64,000 bases of DNA from Muribaculaceae bacterium. GTDB lineage: Bacteria; Bacteroidota; Bacteroidia; Bacteroidales; Muribaculaceae. The stretch lies in NCBI GenBank assembly GCA_029057985.1, contig JAIDYR010000073.1, forward strand, positions 5,748 to 69,747, read 5' to 3'. Position numbers and translations under genes: made by a program. Under the pieces are notes generated by a model. The model made no database searches. It was given only the letters and a program-made list of their open reading frames with translations, and was not told where the DNA came from. Positions 1 to 9,262 of the stretch are shown here, in pieces. How positions within the stretch are numbered: the stretch's first letter is position 1; each line of letters opens with the position of its first letter.

Positions 1-1141
1 CTTTCACGTCGCCGCTAAGAACGCCACCCTGAATGGCTGCACCGATTGCTACAACCTCATCCGGATTAACACCCTTGTTGGGCTCTTTGCCGAAGATTTC
101 CTTCACCTTATCCTGAATAGCCGGGATACGGGTAGAACCGCCGACGAGAATAACTTCGTCAATCTGGCTGGAAGTAAGACCGGCGTCTTCAAGAGCCTTC
201 ACACACGGAGCCTTGACTGCATCGATAAGCTTATGGGCAAGCTGCTCGAATTTAGCACGTGTAAGAGTCTTTACAAGGTGCTTAGGACCGGATGCAGTGG
301 CAGTGATATAGGGGAGGTTGATTTCAGTTGAAGTTGAGCTTGACAACTCTATCTTAGCCTTTTCAGCAGCTTCCTTGAGTCTCTGCATCGCCATGGGGTC
401 CTGGCGGAGATCAACACCTTCTTCTTTCTGGAATTCCTCTGCGAGCCAGTCGATAATGACATTATCGAAGTCATCGCCGCCGAGGTGAGTATCACCATTA
501 GTAGATTTAACTTCGAATACTCCGTCGCCGAGTTCGAGAATAGAGATATCGAATGTGCCGCCACCAAGGTCAAATACGGCTATCTTCTGTTCTTTCTGAG
601 ATTTGTCGAGACCATAAGCAAGGGCTGCTGCAGTAGGCTCGTTGACAATACGACGAACCTTAAGACCTGCGATTTCGCCGGCTTCCTTAGTAGCCTGACG
701 CTGAGAATCATCGAAGTATGCGGGGACAGTGATCACAGCTTCTGTCACTTCCTGTCCGAGGAAATCTTCAGCCGTCTTCTTCATTTTCTGAAGAATCATT
801 GCGGAAATCTCCTGCGGAGTGTAGTCGCGACCATCGATGTCTACCTTAGGAAGATCATTCTGGCAGACTACTTTGTAAGGTACGCGCTTGATTTCATCAG
901 TGACCTGGTCGCACTTTTCACCCATGAAGCGCTTGATAGAATAGATTGTACGGGTCGGGTTTGTTACGGCCTGACGTTTTGCAGGGTCACCGACTTTGCG
1001 TTCGCCACCATCGACAAATGCTACGACGGAGGGAGTAGTGTTGCGTCCTTCATTGTTAGGAATAACGACCGGATCCTTACCTTCAAGAACTGCTACGCAA
1101 GAGTTGGTTGTACCCAAGTCGATACCAATAATTTTTCCCAT
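1..1141 (-). CDS. dnaK: Chaperone DnaK (Hsp70), N-terminal 380 aa; the rest of the gene lies beyond the left window edge
   Basis: Absent from the ORF track because it is open at the edge. Hand translation of the minus strand from ATG (1141-1139) gives [20 protein letters not shown], then [13 protein letters not shown] near 540-580, and [20 protein letters not shown] at nt 61-2. These are canonical Hsp70 ATPase-domain motifs and the frame stays open. Confidence 0.95.
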   Translation of the reverse strand, partial: MGKIIGIDLGTTNSCVAVLEGKDPVVIPNNEGRNTTPSVVAFVDGGERKVGDPAKRQAVTNPTRTIYSIKRFMGEKCDQVTDEIKRVPYKVVCQNDLPKVDIDGRDYTPQEISAMILQKMKKTAEDFLGQEVTEAVITVPAYFDDSQRQATKEAGEIAGLKVRRIVNEPTAAALAYGLDKSQKEQKIAVFDLGGGTFDISILELGDGVFEVKSTNGDTHLGGDDFDNVIIDWLAEEFQKEEGVDLRQDPMAMQRLKEAAEKAKIELSSSTSTEINLPYITATASGPKHLVKTLTRAKFEQLAHKLIDAVKAPCVKALEDAGLTSSQIDEVILVGGSTRIPAIQDKVKEIFGKEPNKGVNPDEVVAIGAAIQGGVLSGDVK

Positions 1142-1370
1142 AATATTTTAAGATTTAAGTTATTAATAATTTCTATTTTAGTTTCTCTTTTCACTATTTA
1201 AAACAAACTCCATGCTAAAAGTTTCATTTTTACGGCTAATAAAATTCTTTAAAATTTGTAAATTGCAGAAAATCAATAATATAAATAAATGCTAGAGATT
1301 TCAGTGAAAAGTCGTATGAGAGAAGTCGCTTAACATAAAATGACAAAAAATTGTCAATAATGTCAAAAAA

Positions 1371-1418
1371 TTAAATCGACATTCCCGGGCCATTTGCCGA
1401 CGGGGAATGTCGATTTAA
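1371..1418 (-). terminator. Rho-independent terminator downstream of the spt-like gene
   Basis: 16-bp perfect inverted repeat TTAAATCGACATTCCC (1371-1386) / GGGAATGTCGATTTAA (1403-1418). On the minus strand it is followed by a T-run (complement of the A-run 1365-1370). Confidence 0.6.
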
Positions 1419-1469
1419 TATATTGGGGATACAGTTAATGGAGCATACATCTCCAAAAGCTGACAGTAT

Positions 1470-2657
1470 TTACTTAAGCAGACCGTTTTTACGGAATACT
1501 TTTTCGATTGCCTCCAGCGAACGAGCTACTTGCTCCTTCGTATGCGTAGCCATGAGGGAGTAGCGAATTAAAGTATCCTGCGGTGCCACGGCAGGAGATA
1601 CTACAGGATTTACGAATACTCCTTCCTCCAGAAGATCATGAGTCACCTGGAATGTCTTATAGTCATCTCGGATGTAAAGAGGAATGATGGGCGTGGAGGT
1701 ATGGCCGATTTCGAGTCCCATGGCCCGGAAATTCTCAAGGGCATAATTTGTGATATCCCAGAGATGCTGCTGGCGCTCCGGCTCTGCAAGCATTATGTCG
1801 AGGGCTGCATTGGCTGCTGCGGTAGCTGCGGGAGTGATTGAGGCCGTGAAAATATATGAGCGGGAGTGATGGCGGAGGTAATTGGTGATTTCCTTATCAG
1901 TAGCGATAAATCCGCCGAGAGATGCGAATGACTTGGAGAATGTGCCCATTATAAGATCGACATCATCGGTAGCTCCATAATGGTGGACTACTCCTCGTCC
2001 CCCTTCGCCAAATACGCCTATGCCATGGGCTTCATCGATCATAAGAGTAGCGTTGTATTTCTTGGCGAGTTTGACCATCTCGGGTATATTCGCTACGTCG
2101 CCTTCCATTGAGAATACGGAGTCGCTGACCACAAGTTTTACCTTGTCAGGATCGCATTTGCGCAATTGGTCCTCAAGAGAAGCCATATCGTTGTGCTTAT
2201 ATTTGAGGAATTTGGAGAATGCGAGACGTCGGCCTTCAATGATTGAAGCGTGGTCCTGCTCATCGAGAATAATAGTGTCTTCGCGTCCGGTCAGAGTGCT
2301 GACAACGCCGAGATTGACTCCGAACCCGGTAGAGTAGAGCATAGCATCCTCTTTGCCCATATACTCTGCGATGCGATGTTCGAAATTCCGATGGAGGTCA
2401 ATAGTGCCGTTAAGGAAGGGGGATCCGGCCATGCCGGTGCCATATTTCTTGGTAGCTTCGACGGCTGCTTCAATGACTTTAGGATGATTGGTGAGGCCCA
2501 TGTAACTGTTGGAGCCGAACATCAGAACCTTTTTACCGTCCATTATGACTTCAGTGTTCTGTTCGCTGGAGATCGGTCGGAAATAAGGATAGATGCCGGC
2601 GGCTTTAGCACGTTGAGGTGCATCGTAGCGGGCCAATTTTTCTTGTAAAAGTTTCAT
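1470..2657 (-). CDS. spt: PLP-dependent alpha-oxoamine synthase family enzyme, most likely serine palmitoyltransferase (sphingolipid synthesis)
   Basis: 395 aa with an ATG start. It has the PLP-lysine motif GTFSKS, DEAHG, and an N-terminus LQEKLARYD..GIYPYFRPI plus LMATHTKEQV tail that I recognise from Bacteroides SPT. The family call is secure. Discriminating SPT from Kbl/BioF is from memory only. Confidence 0.7.
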   Translation of the reverse strand: MKLLQEKLARYDAPQRAKAAGIYPYFRPISSEQNTEVIMDGKKVLMFGSNSYMGLTNHPKVIEAAVEATKKYGTGMAGSPFLNGTIDLHRNFEHRIAEYMGKEDAMLYSTGFGVNLGVVSTLTGREDTIILDEQDHASIIEGRRLAFSKFLKYKHNDMASLEDQLRKCDPDKVKLVVSDSVFSMEGDVANIPEMVKLAKKYNATLMIDEAHGIGVFGEGGRGVVHHYGATDDVDLIMGTFSKSFASLGGFIATDKEITNYLRHHSRSYIFTASITPAATAAANAALDIMLAEPERQQHLWDITNYALENFRAMGLEIGHTSTPIIPLYIRDDYKTFQVTHDLLEEGVFVNPVVSPAVAPQDTLIRYSLMATHTKEQVARSLEAIEKVFRKNGLLK

Positions 2658-2989
2658 GCGATATTGGGCTGTTTAGATCGGAAATCTATTGAATGTCATA
2701 AAGTTGACATGCTATAAAACCCCGATGCCAATAGTTTAGGATACAAAATTAACATATTTTCCCCATAATTCAATATTTTTTTCGGCTTTTTTTGAATTTT
2801 TCGCGTTAGCAAAAATTTTTTTATATGCAATAGTAAAAAAGTTGATTAAAAAGTTTGAGATAAAAAAGAATGTTGTAATTTTGCATCGTTAATCACTCCG
2901 GCGCTGAATCCATTATTCATCCGGAAACTGAAAATTGCTTTTGTTGGCATTACCTTCAATGAAATAAAGATAGTTTTCTTAAAGTATAT

Positions 2990-3526
2990 ATGATCTACAA
3001 ATTCAAACTTGTCAGCGACGAAGTCTCTAACTTCGCCCGCGAAATTGAGATTGATTCTGAAAACACATTTCTTCAGTTCAGAAATGTTATACTTGATTCA
3101 GTAGGCTATTCAAAGGATGAACTTGATTCATTCTTTATCTGTGATGATGACTGGACTCCCCATGAGGAAATCACTCTTGAGGATATGGGCTCGGATAGCG
3201 ACCAGGATATATGGTTGATGGATGAGACTCCGCTGAGTGAGCTTATCGAAGATGAAGGGCAGAAGGTCAGCTTCATGTTTGACTACATGACGGAGCGTTG
3301 TTTCTTTATGGAACTGAAGGAAATTGTGACCGGAAGAAACCTTATAGAGCCGATCTGCACTCTTCAGCGTGGTAAAGCTCCAGCTCAGAATATTGAGACT
3401 CCTGAAGATAAGATAGAAACCAAAGTGGCGGCAGTCAAGGATGATCTGGACATAGATTTCTACGGCTCCGATTCCTTCAATGATGATGAAATCGCTAACT
3501 TCAGCGATGACCTTAATCTCAACTGA
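2990..3526 (+). CDS. Conserved acidic hypothetical protein (resembles the pRiA4b ORF-3-like family common in Bacteroidales)
   Basis: 178-aa ORF with an ATG start and its own AT-rich upstream region. N-terminus MIYKFKLVSDEVSNFAREIEIDSENTF..FFICDDDW matches my memory of that family. The C-terminal half is an acidic tail. Confidence 0.55.
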   Translation: MIYKFKLVSDEVSNFAREIEIDSENTFLQFRNVILDSVGYSKDELDSFFICDDDWTPHEEITLEDMGSDSDQDIWLMDETPLSELIEDEGQKVSFMFDYMTERCFFMELKEIVTGRNLIEPICTLQRGKAPAQNIETPEDKIETKVAAVKDDLDIDFYGSDSFNDDEIANFSDDLNLN

Positions 3527-3566
3527 CTTGAGTTACGAATAAAACCCGAAGTAAACATTAAAACCC

Positions 3567-3600
3567 AAAGGCCATTCCCGATATCGGAAATGGCCTTTTT
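3567..3600. terminator. Bidirectional terminator between convergent genes
   Basis: AAAGGCCATT (3567-3576) pairs with AATGGCCTTT (3589-3598), with the inner palindrome CCGATATCGG between them. A T-run follows on the plus strand and an A-run precedes it. Confidence 0.6.
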
Positions 3601-3696
3601 AATATCTATATGTATTATTACTTTAATAGGGAAATGGCGGATTGCAGGTCTGCTATTCTTTCGTAAGGAATTCGTTAAGGTTACTTGATTATATTT

Positions 3697-4083
3697 TCAG
3701 TGGCGCTTGCGTCGGCCAAAAAGACGAGAGAGGAAAGAGTCGTTTTCATCATCGTCATCTTCATCATCTTCAGGCTTGAAGTGTACGCGGAGTTGATTGT
3801 CTTCTTTACCGAGAAACAGAATATGATTGCGGAATACGAAGGCTACCATTCTATCAAATTCAAGTATAGCATGCAGACTTCTGACAAGGAAACGCCGAAA
3901 GGGATTGAAATCTTCCAGATCATTGATGATTATTTCAGCAGTTTGCAGATCATCTGAGTCGAGAGTCAGGTTGTGGTGCTTCTTAAGAATATAAAGGTTC
4001 TCCGCAAGATTTAGTTCTGAGAAATCTTTCGGGGGCTTCTTATGATTCTTATATATTTCGCGAATTACTTCGTCTGTAATCAT
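3697..4083 (-). CDS. Hypothetical protein, 128 aa, with an acidic run (EDDEDDDDEND) followed by a basic tail
   Basis: ORF with an ATG start and coding-like composition. I recognise no motif. It lies convergent to the previous gene, with a shared terminator. Confidence 0.5.
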   Translation of the reverse strand: MITDEVIREIYKNHKKPPKDFSELNLAENLYILKKHHNLTLDSDDLQTAEIIINDLEDFNPFRRFLVRSLHAILEFDRMVAFVFRNHILFLGKEDNQLRVHFKPEDDEDDDDENDSFLSRLFGRRKRH

Positions 4084-4453
4084 CTCATGTAAAGTTTATC
4101 GGTCTCTTCTTAGATTGGCATGGCAGAAGATGAGCTGCTGATCTTGGAAGGGAGATTCGTAGTCGGAATCTGAGGAGAGTTATCGTTGGTAATGCGCCGG
4201 AATCCCGCCGGGACCCGGTCAATCCGGTTTTTGAGAGGGTAGAGGATAGTCGGTCAAGCTAAAGATTAAAGGCCGGAAAGGGCGTGTGTGTCTATGCTTC
4301 GAAAATAAAACACAAGGTTTGCATGAAAGGTTCAGAAAAATTTCGTTTTTAACATTTGAGATAAAAAAAGGAGAATCCTATTGAATTAATCAAAGAAATA
4401 TTTCTGATATGAAAATTGTAATTGTAACTGATATTCCGATATTTATTAATAGA

Positions 4454-4486
4454 AGACGTCCTTACGAAAAAATCGTAAGGACGTCT
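4454..4486 (-). terminator. Terminator of the mmd operon
   Basis: 14-bp perfect inverted repeat AGACGTCCTTACGA (4454-4467) / TCGTAAGGACGTCT (4473-4486) with an AAAAA loop, about 60 nt past the mmdB stop. Confidence 0.65.
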
Positions 4487-4547
4487 GATTAATAGTGAAT
4501 ATCCGTCGAGGAAGGATACTCTATATGATATAGTAGTTTCTATCGGA

Positions 4548-5711
4548 TTATCCGAGGAAGCTGAGCAGTACGCCGGCTGCTACAGCCGAACCGATCACTC
4601 CGGCAACGTTTGGACCCATAGCGTGCATCAACAGATAGTTGGATGGATCGTATTCGAGACCTACATTGTTGGAGATTCGCGCAGCCATGGGCACGGCTGA
4701 TACGCCTGCATTACCGATAAGCGGGTTGATCTTTTTGTTCTTGGCGAGGAAGATATTGAAGATCTTGACGCTGCATACGCCTGCGGAGCTTGCGATTACG
4801 AATGCGAGGAATCCAAGACCAAAAATCTTGAGAGTATCAAGGCTCAGGAATACATCAGCTTGAGTAGAAGCACCTACAGTCAGACCCAGAAGGATAGTAA
4901 TAATATCGGTCATAGCATTCTGAGCGGTCTTGGCGAGGCGGGTAGTCACGCCTGACTCACGCAGGAGATTTCCGAAGAAAAGCATACCCAGCAAGGGGAT
5001 GCCGGAGGGTACTACGAAGCAAGTCAGGAGAAGACCTACGATGGGGAAGATGATTTTTTCGTTCTGGCTTACGACGCGTGCGGGCTTCATCTTAATGAGG
5101 CGTTCTTCCTTTGTTGTGAAGAGGCGCATCAAAGGAGGCTGAATCAGCGGGATGAGAGCCATGTAAGAATATGCCGACACGGCGACTGCTCCAAGAAGTT
5201 TCGGATTAAGTTTAGAGCAAGTGAAGATAGCGGTCGGACCGTCGGCTCCACCGATGATGGCAACACAACCAGCCGAAAGAGGGTCAAAACCGACAAGAAG
5301 CGACAGCATGTAGGCGCCGAAAATGCCGAATTGAGCGCAAGCACCGATGACCATCAGCTTGGGATTGGCAAGAAGGGCGGAGAAGTCTGTCATTGCGCCG
5401 ATGCCGAGGAAGATCAGAGGAGGATACCATCCTTTTTCAACACCGTTATAAAGGATATTTAGCACGGATCCTTCTTCATAAATGCCGATTTCCATACCGG
5501 GCTGGAAGGGGATATTGCCCAGAAGCATACCGAAGCCGATCGGCACGAGCAGCAGCGGCTCGAAGTTCTTCTTGATGGCGAGCCATACAAAGAAGCATCC
5601 GACGAGAAGCATTATGATATTTCCCAGTTCGCAGTTGGCGAAACCGGTGAAATTCCAGAACGTCATCAGCGAATCTTCCAGGAATTTAGAGAAAGAACTA
5701 AGCAGTAACAT
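4548..5711 (-). CDS. mmdB: Na+-translocating decarboxylase beta subunit (methylmalonyl-CoA / oxaloacetate decarboxylase family)
   Basis: 387-aa polytopic membrane protein. FEPLLLVPIGFGMLLGNIP and GADGPTAIF are typical OadB/MmdB motifs. It is the last gene of a carboxyltransferase/biotin-carrier cluster. Confidence 0.9.
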   Translation of the reverse strand: MLLLSSFSKFLEDSLMTFWNFTGFANCELGNIIMLLVGCFFVWLAIKKNFEPLLLVPIGFGMLLGNIPFQPGMEIGIYEEGSVLNILYNGVEKGWYPPLIFLGIGAMTDFSALLANPKLMVIGACAQFGIFGAYMLSLLVGFDPLSAGCVAIIGGADGPTAIFTCSKLNPKLLGAVAVSAYSYMALIPLIQPPLMRLFTTKEERLIKMKPARVVSQNEKIIFPIVGLLLTCFVVPSGIPLLGMLFFGNLLRESGVTTRLAKTAQNAMTDIITILLGLTVGASTQADVFLSLDTLKIFGLGFLAFVIASSAGVCSVKIFNIFLAKNKKINPLIGNAGVSAVPMAARISNNVGLEYDPSNYLLMHAMGPNVAGVIGSAVAAGVLLSFLG

Positions 5712-5750
5712 TTGATTAGTGTTAAGTTAGAGATTCAAGAATATGGAAGA

Positions 5751-6197
5751 TTATCCGATGATCATGATGTCGGTGCCTTCGAGGATTGCGTCTCCTACGC
5801 CGACGAGAATCTTCTTGACTACGCCGGAAGTGTTGCAATGGATGTCATTTTCCATCTTCATGGCTTCGAGCACGCATACTGTGTCGCCGGCATTGACGCT
5901 CTGGCCCTCAGAGACATTGAAGCTCATGATAGTGCCGGGCAGGGGAGACTTGACGGGAGTGCCGTCGCCGGAGGGAGCCGCTACGGGCTTAGTGATGACT
6001 TTTTCGCCTGTAGAGGTGCGGGGCGCGGCAGCGGGCGCTTTCGGACGGGCTACGGGAGCGATCTTGGTGGCGGGAGCCTTGTCGAGTTCTACGTCGTAGG
6101 GTGTGCCGTTTACTTCTACGTGCACCTTATTGTCTTCGACGTCGCCTACGACGACATTGAACTTGGTGCCGTTGATTTTATATTTGTATTCTTTCAT
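5751..6197 (-). CDS. mmdC: Biotin carboxyl carrier subunit of the decarboxylase
   Basis: 148 aa with an Ala/Pro-rich linker and the biotinylation motif LEAMKMEN near the C-terminus. Confidence 0.9.
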   Translation of the reverse strand: MKEYKYKINGTKFNVVVGDVEDNKVHVEVNGTPYDVELDKAPATKIAPVARPKAPAAAPRTSTGEKVITKPVAAPSGDGTPVKSPLPGTIMSFNVSEGQSVNAGDTVCVLEAMKMENDIHCNTSGVVKKILVGVGDAILEGTDIMIIG

Positions 6198-6241
6198 TTT
6201 TATTCTTTATATTTATTTAGGTGTCGGATCGATGAAGGATC

Positions 6242-6895
6242 TTATTTGACGTTCTTGTTAGCAGGGAGTGGTCGTTGTGGATTTTTGGCCAACTCAGGCT
6301 CCTGACGAATATTATAGATTTTAGAGTTCCAGGGAGAGTAAGCTCGACGCATGCGACGGATAGTGAGAATGTAATCCTCTACGTCGTGCTGGTCGTTGAA
6401 GTGTTCTGCGAGAGCAGCTGAGATAGCCGCGATTACTTCGCCGGAGTCTACAGCTTCGTGATCATCATCGACATCATCGGCAGTCTTGCCGTGGGCTTCA
6501 AGTTTCTTTTTTGAAAGAAGTCCGGCCGATATTTTGCCGAAGATATTAAAGAGAATACTCAATACTATGAGAGCTCCAAGTACTATGCTCATAGCGATAA
6601 TAGTAATAGCGCCTCCCCATGAGTCATTTTCCTTAACGTTTTCGGCTTTTTCTGCCTGAGTCATTTTGCGGGCGATCCCGCTTTCTTCGACGGTGTTGAC
6701 CTCAGTGGAATTGACGGCCTCGCTTTCGACTGCTACCTGACCATCCGGAAGTTGGGCCACGACTTCTCCGTCGCCATCTTCCGGAGCTGCCACGTCAGTC
6801 ATAGGAGCGGGCTGCTCAGCATCCTGAGCAATCATGGCGGCCGGAGAGGTGGCCATGATTGTCAGAGAAGCTGCGAAAAATATTTTTTTCAACAT
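6242..6895 (-). CDS. OadG-like small membrane subunit of the decarboxylase, with an N-terminal signal peptide and an acidic segment
   Basis: The ORF-track entry 6242-7141 overlaps mmdA. I trim it to the ATG at 6895 (MLKKIFFAASLTIMATSPAAM..), 19 nt after the mmdA stop. It has a TM helix WGGAITIIAMSIVLGALIVLSILFNIF and sits at the position where Bacteroides mmd clusters carry the gamma/delta-like subunit. Confidence 0.7.
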   Translation of the reverse strand: MLKKIFFAASLTIMATSPAAMIAQDAEQPAPMTDVAAPEDGDGEVVAQLPDGQVAVESEAVNSTEVNTVEESGIARKMTQAEKAENVKENDSWGGAITIIAMSIVLGALIVLSILFNIFGKISAGLLSKKKLEAHGKTADDVDDDHEAVDSGEVIAAISAALAEHFNDQHDVEDYILTIRRMRRAYSPWNSKIYNIRQEPELAKNPQRPLPANKNVK

Positions 6896-6914
6896 CTTGG
6901 ATTCTTTTATATGC

Positions 6915-8468
6915 TTACAAAGGAATGTTGCCGTGCTTTTTGGGAGGATTGGAGACCTTCTTGGTAGCCAGCATCTGGAGAGCGCGGATGATACGGAAGC
7001 GAGTATTGCGCGGTTCGATGACGTCATCGATGTAACCGTACTTAGCTGCGTTGTAGGGGTTGGCGAAGAGGTCAGTGTATTCTTTCTCCTTTTCAAGCTT
7101 GAATGCTGCGGGATCGGCCTGCTCTTTGGCCTCCTTAGCATAAAGCACGCCTACAGCGCCCTCAGCGCCCATAACTGCGATCTCTGCAGTGGGCCAAGCG
7201 TAGTTGACGTCGCCGCGGAGCTGCTTACAGGACATTACTATGTGAGAGCCACCGTAGGACTTGCGCAAAGTGACAGTCACCTTGGGCACAGTAGCCTCGC
7301 CGTAAGCATAGAGGAGTTTTGCGCCGTGGAGGATTACACCGTTATATTCCTGGCCTGTGCCGGGAAGGAAGCCCGGAACGTCTACAAGGGTTACCAGAGG
7401 AATATTGAATGCGTCGCAGAAGCGAACGAAGCGAGCACCCTTGCGTGAAGCGTTGGAGTCGAGGACGCCGGCGAGGACTTTCGGTTGGTTGGCAACGATG
7501 CCGACCGACTGACCGTTGAAGCGGGCGAAGCCGATGATGAGGTTCTTGGCATAAGCGGGCTGAACTTCGAGGAATTCGCCGTTGTCGACTATATGGCGGA
7601 TTACGTCATACATATCGTAAGAACGCTTCGCGGAGTCAGGAATAATTTCGTTGAGTTCGTCGATGACGCGATCGATGGGGTCTGTGCATTCTACGAGCGG
7701 AGTTTCCTCCATATTGTTCTGGGGAATGTAGCTCATAAGCTGGCGTACGAGCTGGAGTGCTTCCTCGCCGTCTTCGCAAGCGAAGTGAGTCACGCCGGAT
7801 TTGGAAGCGTGGACGCTTGCGCCGCCGAGCTGCTCCTGAGTGACATCCTCTCCGGTCACTGTCTTCACGACAGAGGGTCCTGTAAGGAACATATAGGAAA
7901 TGCCCTTCACCATGATAGTGAAGTCTGTAAGGGCAGGGCTGTAGACCGCGCCACCTGCGCAAGGGCCGAGGATCGCGGAGATCTGAGGCACTACGCCGGA
8001 AGCGAGGATGTTGCGCTGGAAGATTTCAGAGTAGCCTGCAAGAGCGTTGATGCCTTCCTGGATACGCGCGCCGCCCGAGTCGTTTAGGCCGATGACAGGA
8101 GCACCCATCTTCATGGCCATATCCATTACCTTGCAGATTTTCTGAGCCATAGTCTCGGAGAGCGATCCGCCGAATACTGTGAAGTCCTGTGCGAAAACGT
8201 AGACAAGACGTCCTTCGATTGTGCCGAAGCCTGTCACTACGCCGTCGCCAAGGATATGTTTTTTATCCTGGCCGAAGTTAGTGCAGCGGTGAGTGACAAA
8301 CATGTCGAGTTCCTCAAAGCTGCCTTCATCGAGAAGTTGGGCGATACGCTCGCGGGCAGTATATTTACCGCGTGCATGCTGCTTTTCGATAGCTTTTTCA
8401 CCACCACCGAGGCGAGCCTGGGCGCGCTTGGCGATGAGTTCCTGGATTTTTTCTTCTTGCTTGGTCAT
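6915..8468 (-). CDS. mmdA: Methylmalonyl-CoA decarboxylase alpha subunit (carboxyltransferase)
   Basis: 517-aa acyl-CoA carboxyltransferase fold. Sequence ([40 protein letters not shown]) matches propionyl-CoA carboxylase beta / MmdA family proteins. Confidence 0.9.
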   Translation of the reverse strand: MTKQEEKIQELIAKRAQARLGGGEKAIEKQHARGKYTARERIAQLLDEGSFEELDMFVTHRCTNFGQDKKHILGDGVVTGFGTIEGRLVYVFAQDFTVFGGSLSETMAQKICKVMDMAMKMGAPVIGLNDSGGARIQEGINALAGYSEIFQRNILASGVVPQISAILGPCAGGAVYSPALTDFTIMVKGISYMFLTGPSVVKTVTGEDVTQEQLGGASVHASKSGVTHFACEDGEEALQLVRQLMSYIPQNNMEETPLVECTDPIDRVIDELNEIIPDSAKRSYDMYDVIRHIVDNGEFLEVQPAYAKNLIIGFARFNGQSVGIVANQPKVLAGVLDSNASRKGARFVRFCDAFNIPLVTLVDVPGFLPGTGQEYNGVILHGAKLLYAYGEATVPKVTVTLRKSYGGSHIVMSCKQLRGDVNYAWPTAEIAVMGAEGAVGVLYAKEAKEQADPAAFKLEKEKEYTDLFANPYNAAKYGYIDDVIEPRNTRFRIIRALQMLATKKVSNPPKKHGNIPL

Positions 8469-8492
8469 GATGTTATGTAGTATGTCTTGAAA

Positions 8493-8912
8493 TTACTTGT
8501 TGGGATCTTCGCAAAGTTCAGTCAGAACTGCTTCGGTCGATTTCGGGTGGAGGAATGCGATCTGCAATCCGTCGGCGCCGGCGCGGGGAGCCTTGTCGAT
8601 CACCTTAACACCTTTTTCCTCACATTCAGCCAGTGCGTTGGCTACGCCGTCTTCTACGCAGAAAGCGAGGTGGTGCATTCCGCCGCGGCCACCGTTTTTC
8701 TCGATGAACTTAGCGATTGTGGAATCGGGAGAAGTAGCTTCGAGGAGTTCGATTTTAGTGTCGCCTACTTTGAAGAAAGCAGTGGTGACCTTCTGATCTT
8801 CCACGACTTCTTTCTTATAGCACTTCAGTCCGAGTACTGATTCATAGTACTTGATAGCTTCTTCGAGATTGGGCACTGCGATGCCGATGTGTTCGATGTG
8901 GGAAATTTCCAT
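8493..8912 (-). CDS. mce: Methylmalonyl-CoA epimerase (VOC/glyoxalase fold)
   Basis: 139 aa, beginning ISHIEHIGIAVPNLEEAIKYY and ending GLQIAFLHPKST..LTELCE. It is the first gene of the mmd operon. Confidence 0.85.
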   Translation of the reverse strand: MEISHIEHIGIAVPNLEEAIKYYESVLGLKCYKKEVVEDQKVTTAFFKVGDTKIELLEATSPDSTIAKFIEKNGGRGGMHHLAFCVEDGVANALAECEEKGVKVIDKAPRAGADGLQIAFLHPKSTEAVLTELCEDPNK

Positions 8913-9262
8913 AATGTATGGTTCCTAAATTTAAAGTTAGATTATATTGTTTGAATTAATTCATGGTTTGACAAGGTCCCTTACAGTCGTCGCCGACAGC
9001 AGATTCCTTATTCCGTGCAAATTTAACATTAATTAATTAGGTGACCAAATTTTATGGGTATGTTTATCAGCATTTATTTGAAATTTATTGCAGAATGAAG
9101 ACCTTCGGGGTATAAATACAGTGTCCGAGTTGGAATTTTAGCTTATAATGATGCGTGATTCAGAATTTTTTCCGATATTTGCACTAAATTTCCCGATACA
9201 GAGGTGATAATTCGGCCGAAGGCTGAACGAAACCTGCAAAATTCATAGAGAAATTAACATAT

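Noticed and set aside
485-1201. 238-aa plus-strand ORF. Similar long antisense ORFs occur at 5712-6305, 6834-7448, 7485-8087, 10829-11422, 11703-12200, 12923-13402, 36421-36912 and 56969-57604.
   Set aside because: Each lies entirely antisense to a confidently identified conserved gene (dnaK, mmdC, mmdA, lpxC/fabZ, lpxA, crp, GH13, trkA). Their translations are low-complexity or Cys/Arg-rich with no motifs. Several begin at non-ATG codons.
2990-3526. Possible mobile-element passenger gene, because pRiA4b ORF-3-like proteins are sometimes labelled IS passengers
   Set aside because: There is no transposase, integrase, inverted terminal repeats or target duplication nearby. The gene is flanked by ordinary housekeeping genes and a normal terminator.
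4141-4260. Resemblance to a cobalamin riboswitch core (GGGAGATTCGTAGTCGGAATCTGAGG ... GGTAATG ... GCCGGGA)
   Set aside because: There is no convincing B12 box (only AGTCGGTCAAGCT) and no closing P1 helix. On the plus strand there is no downstream gene to regulate. I also saw no match to tRNA, tmRNA, SRP RNA or RNase P RNA signatures.
4409-4492. 27-codon ORF MKIVIVTDIPIFINRRRPYEKIVRTSD
   Set aside because: Its 3' half is simply the mmd-operon terminator hairpin read as codons, it has no promoter context, and it is too short to support.
6896-7141. N-terminal extension of the OadG-like ORF (track entry 6242-7141)
   Set aside because: The extension overlaps the 3' end of mmdA by 227 nt and encodes a Ser/Thr/Pro/Arg-rich non-protein-like sequence. 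An ATG followed by a good signal peptide sits at 6895.
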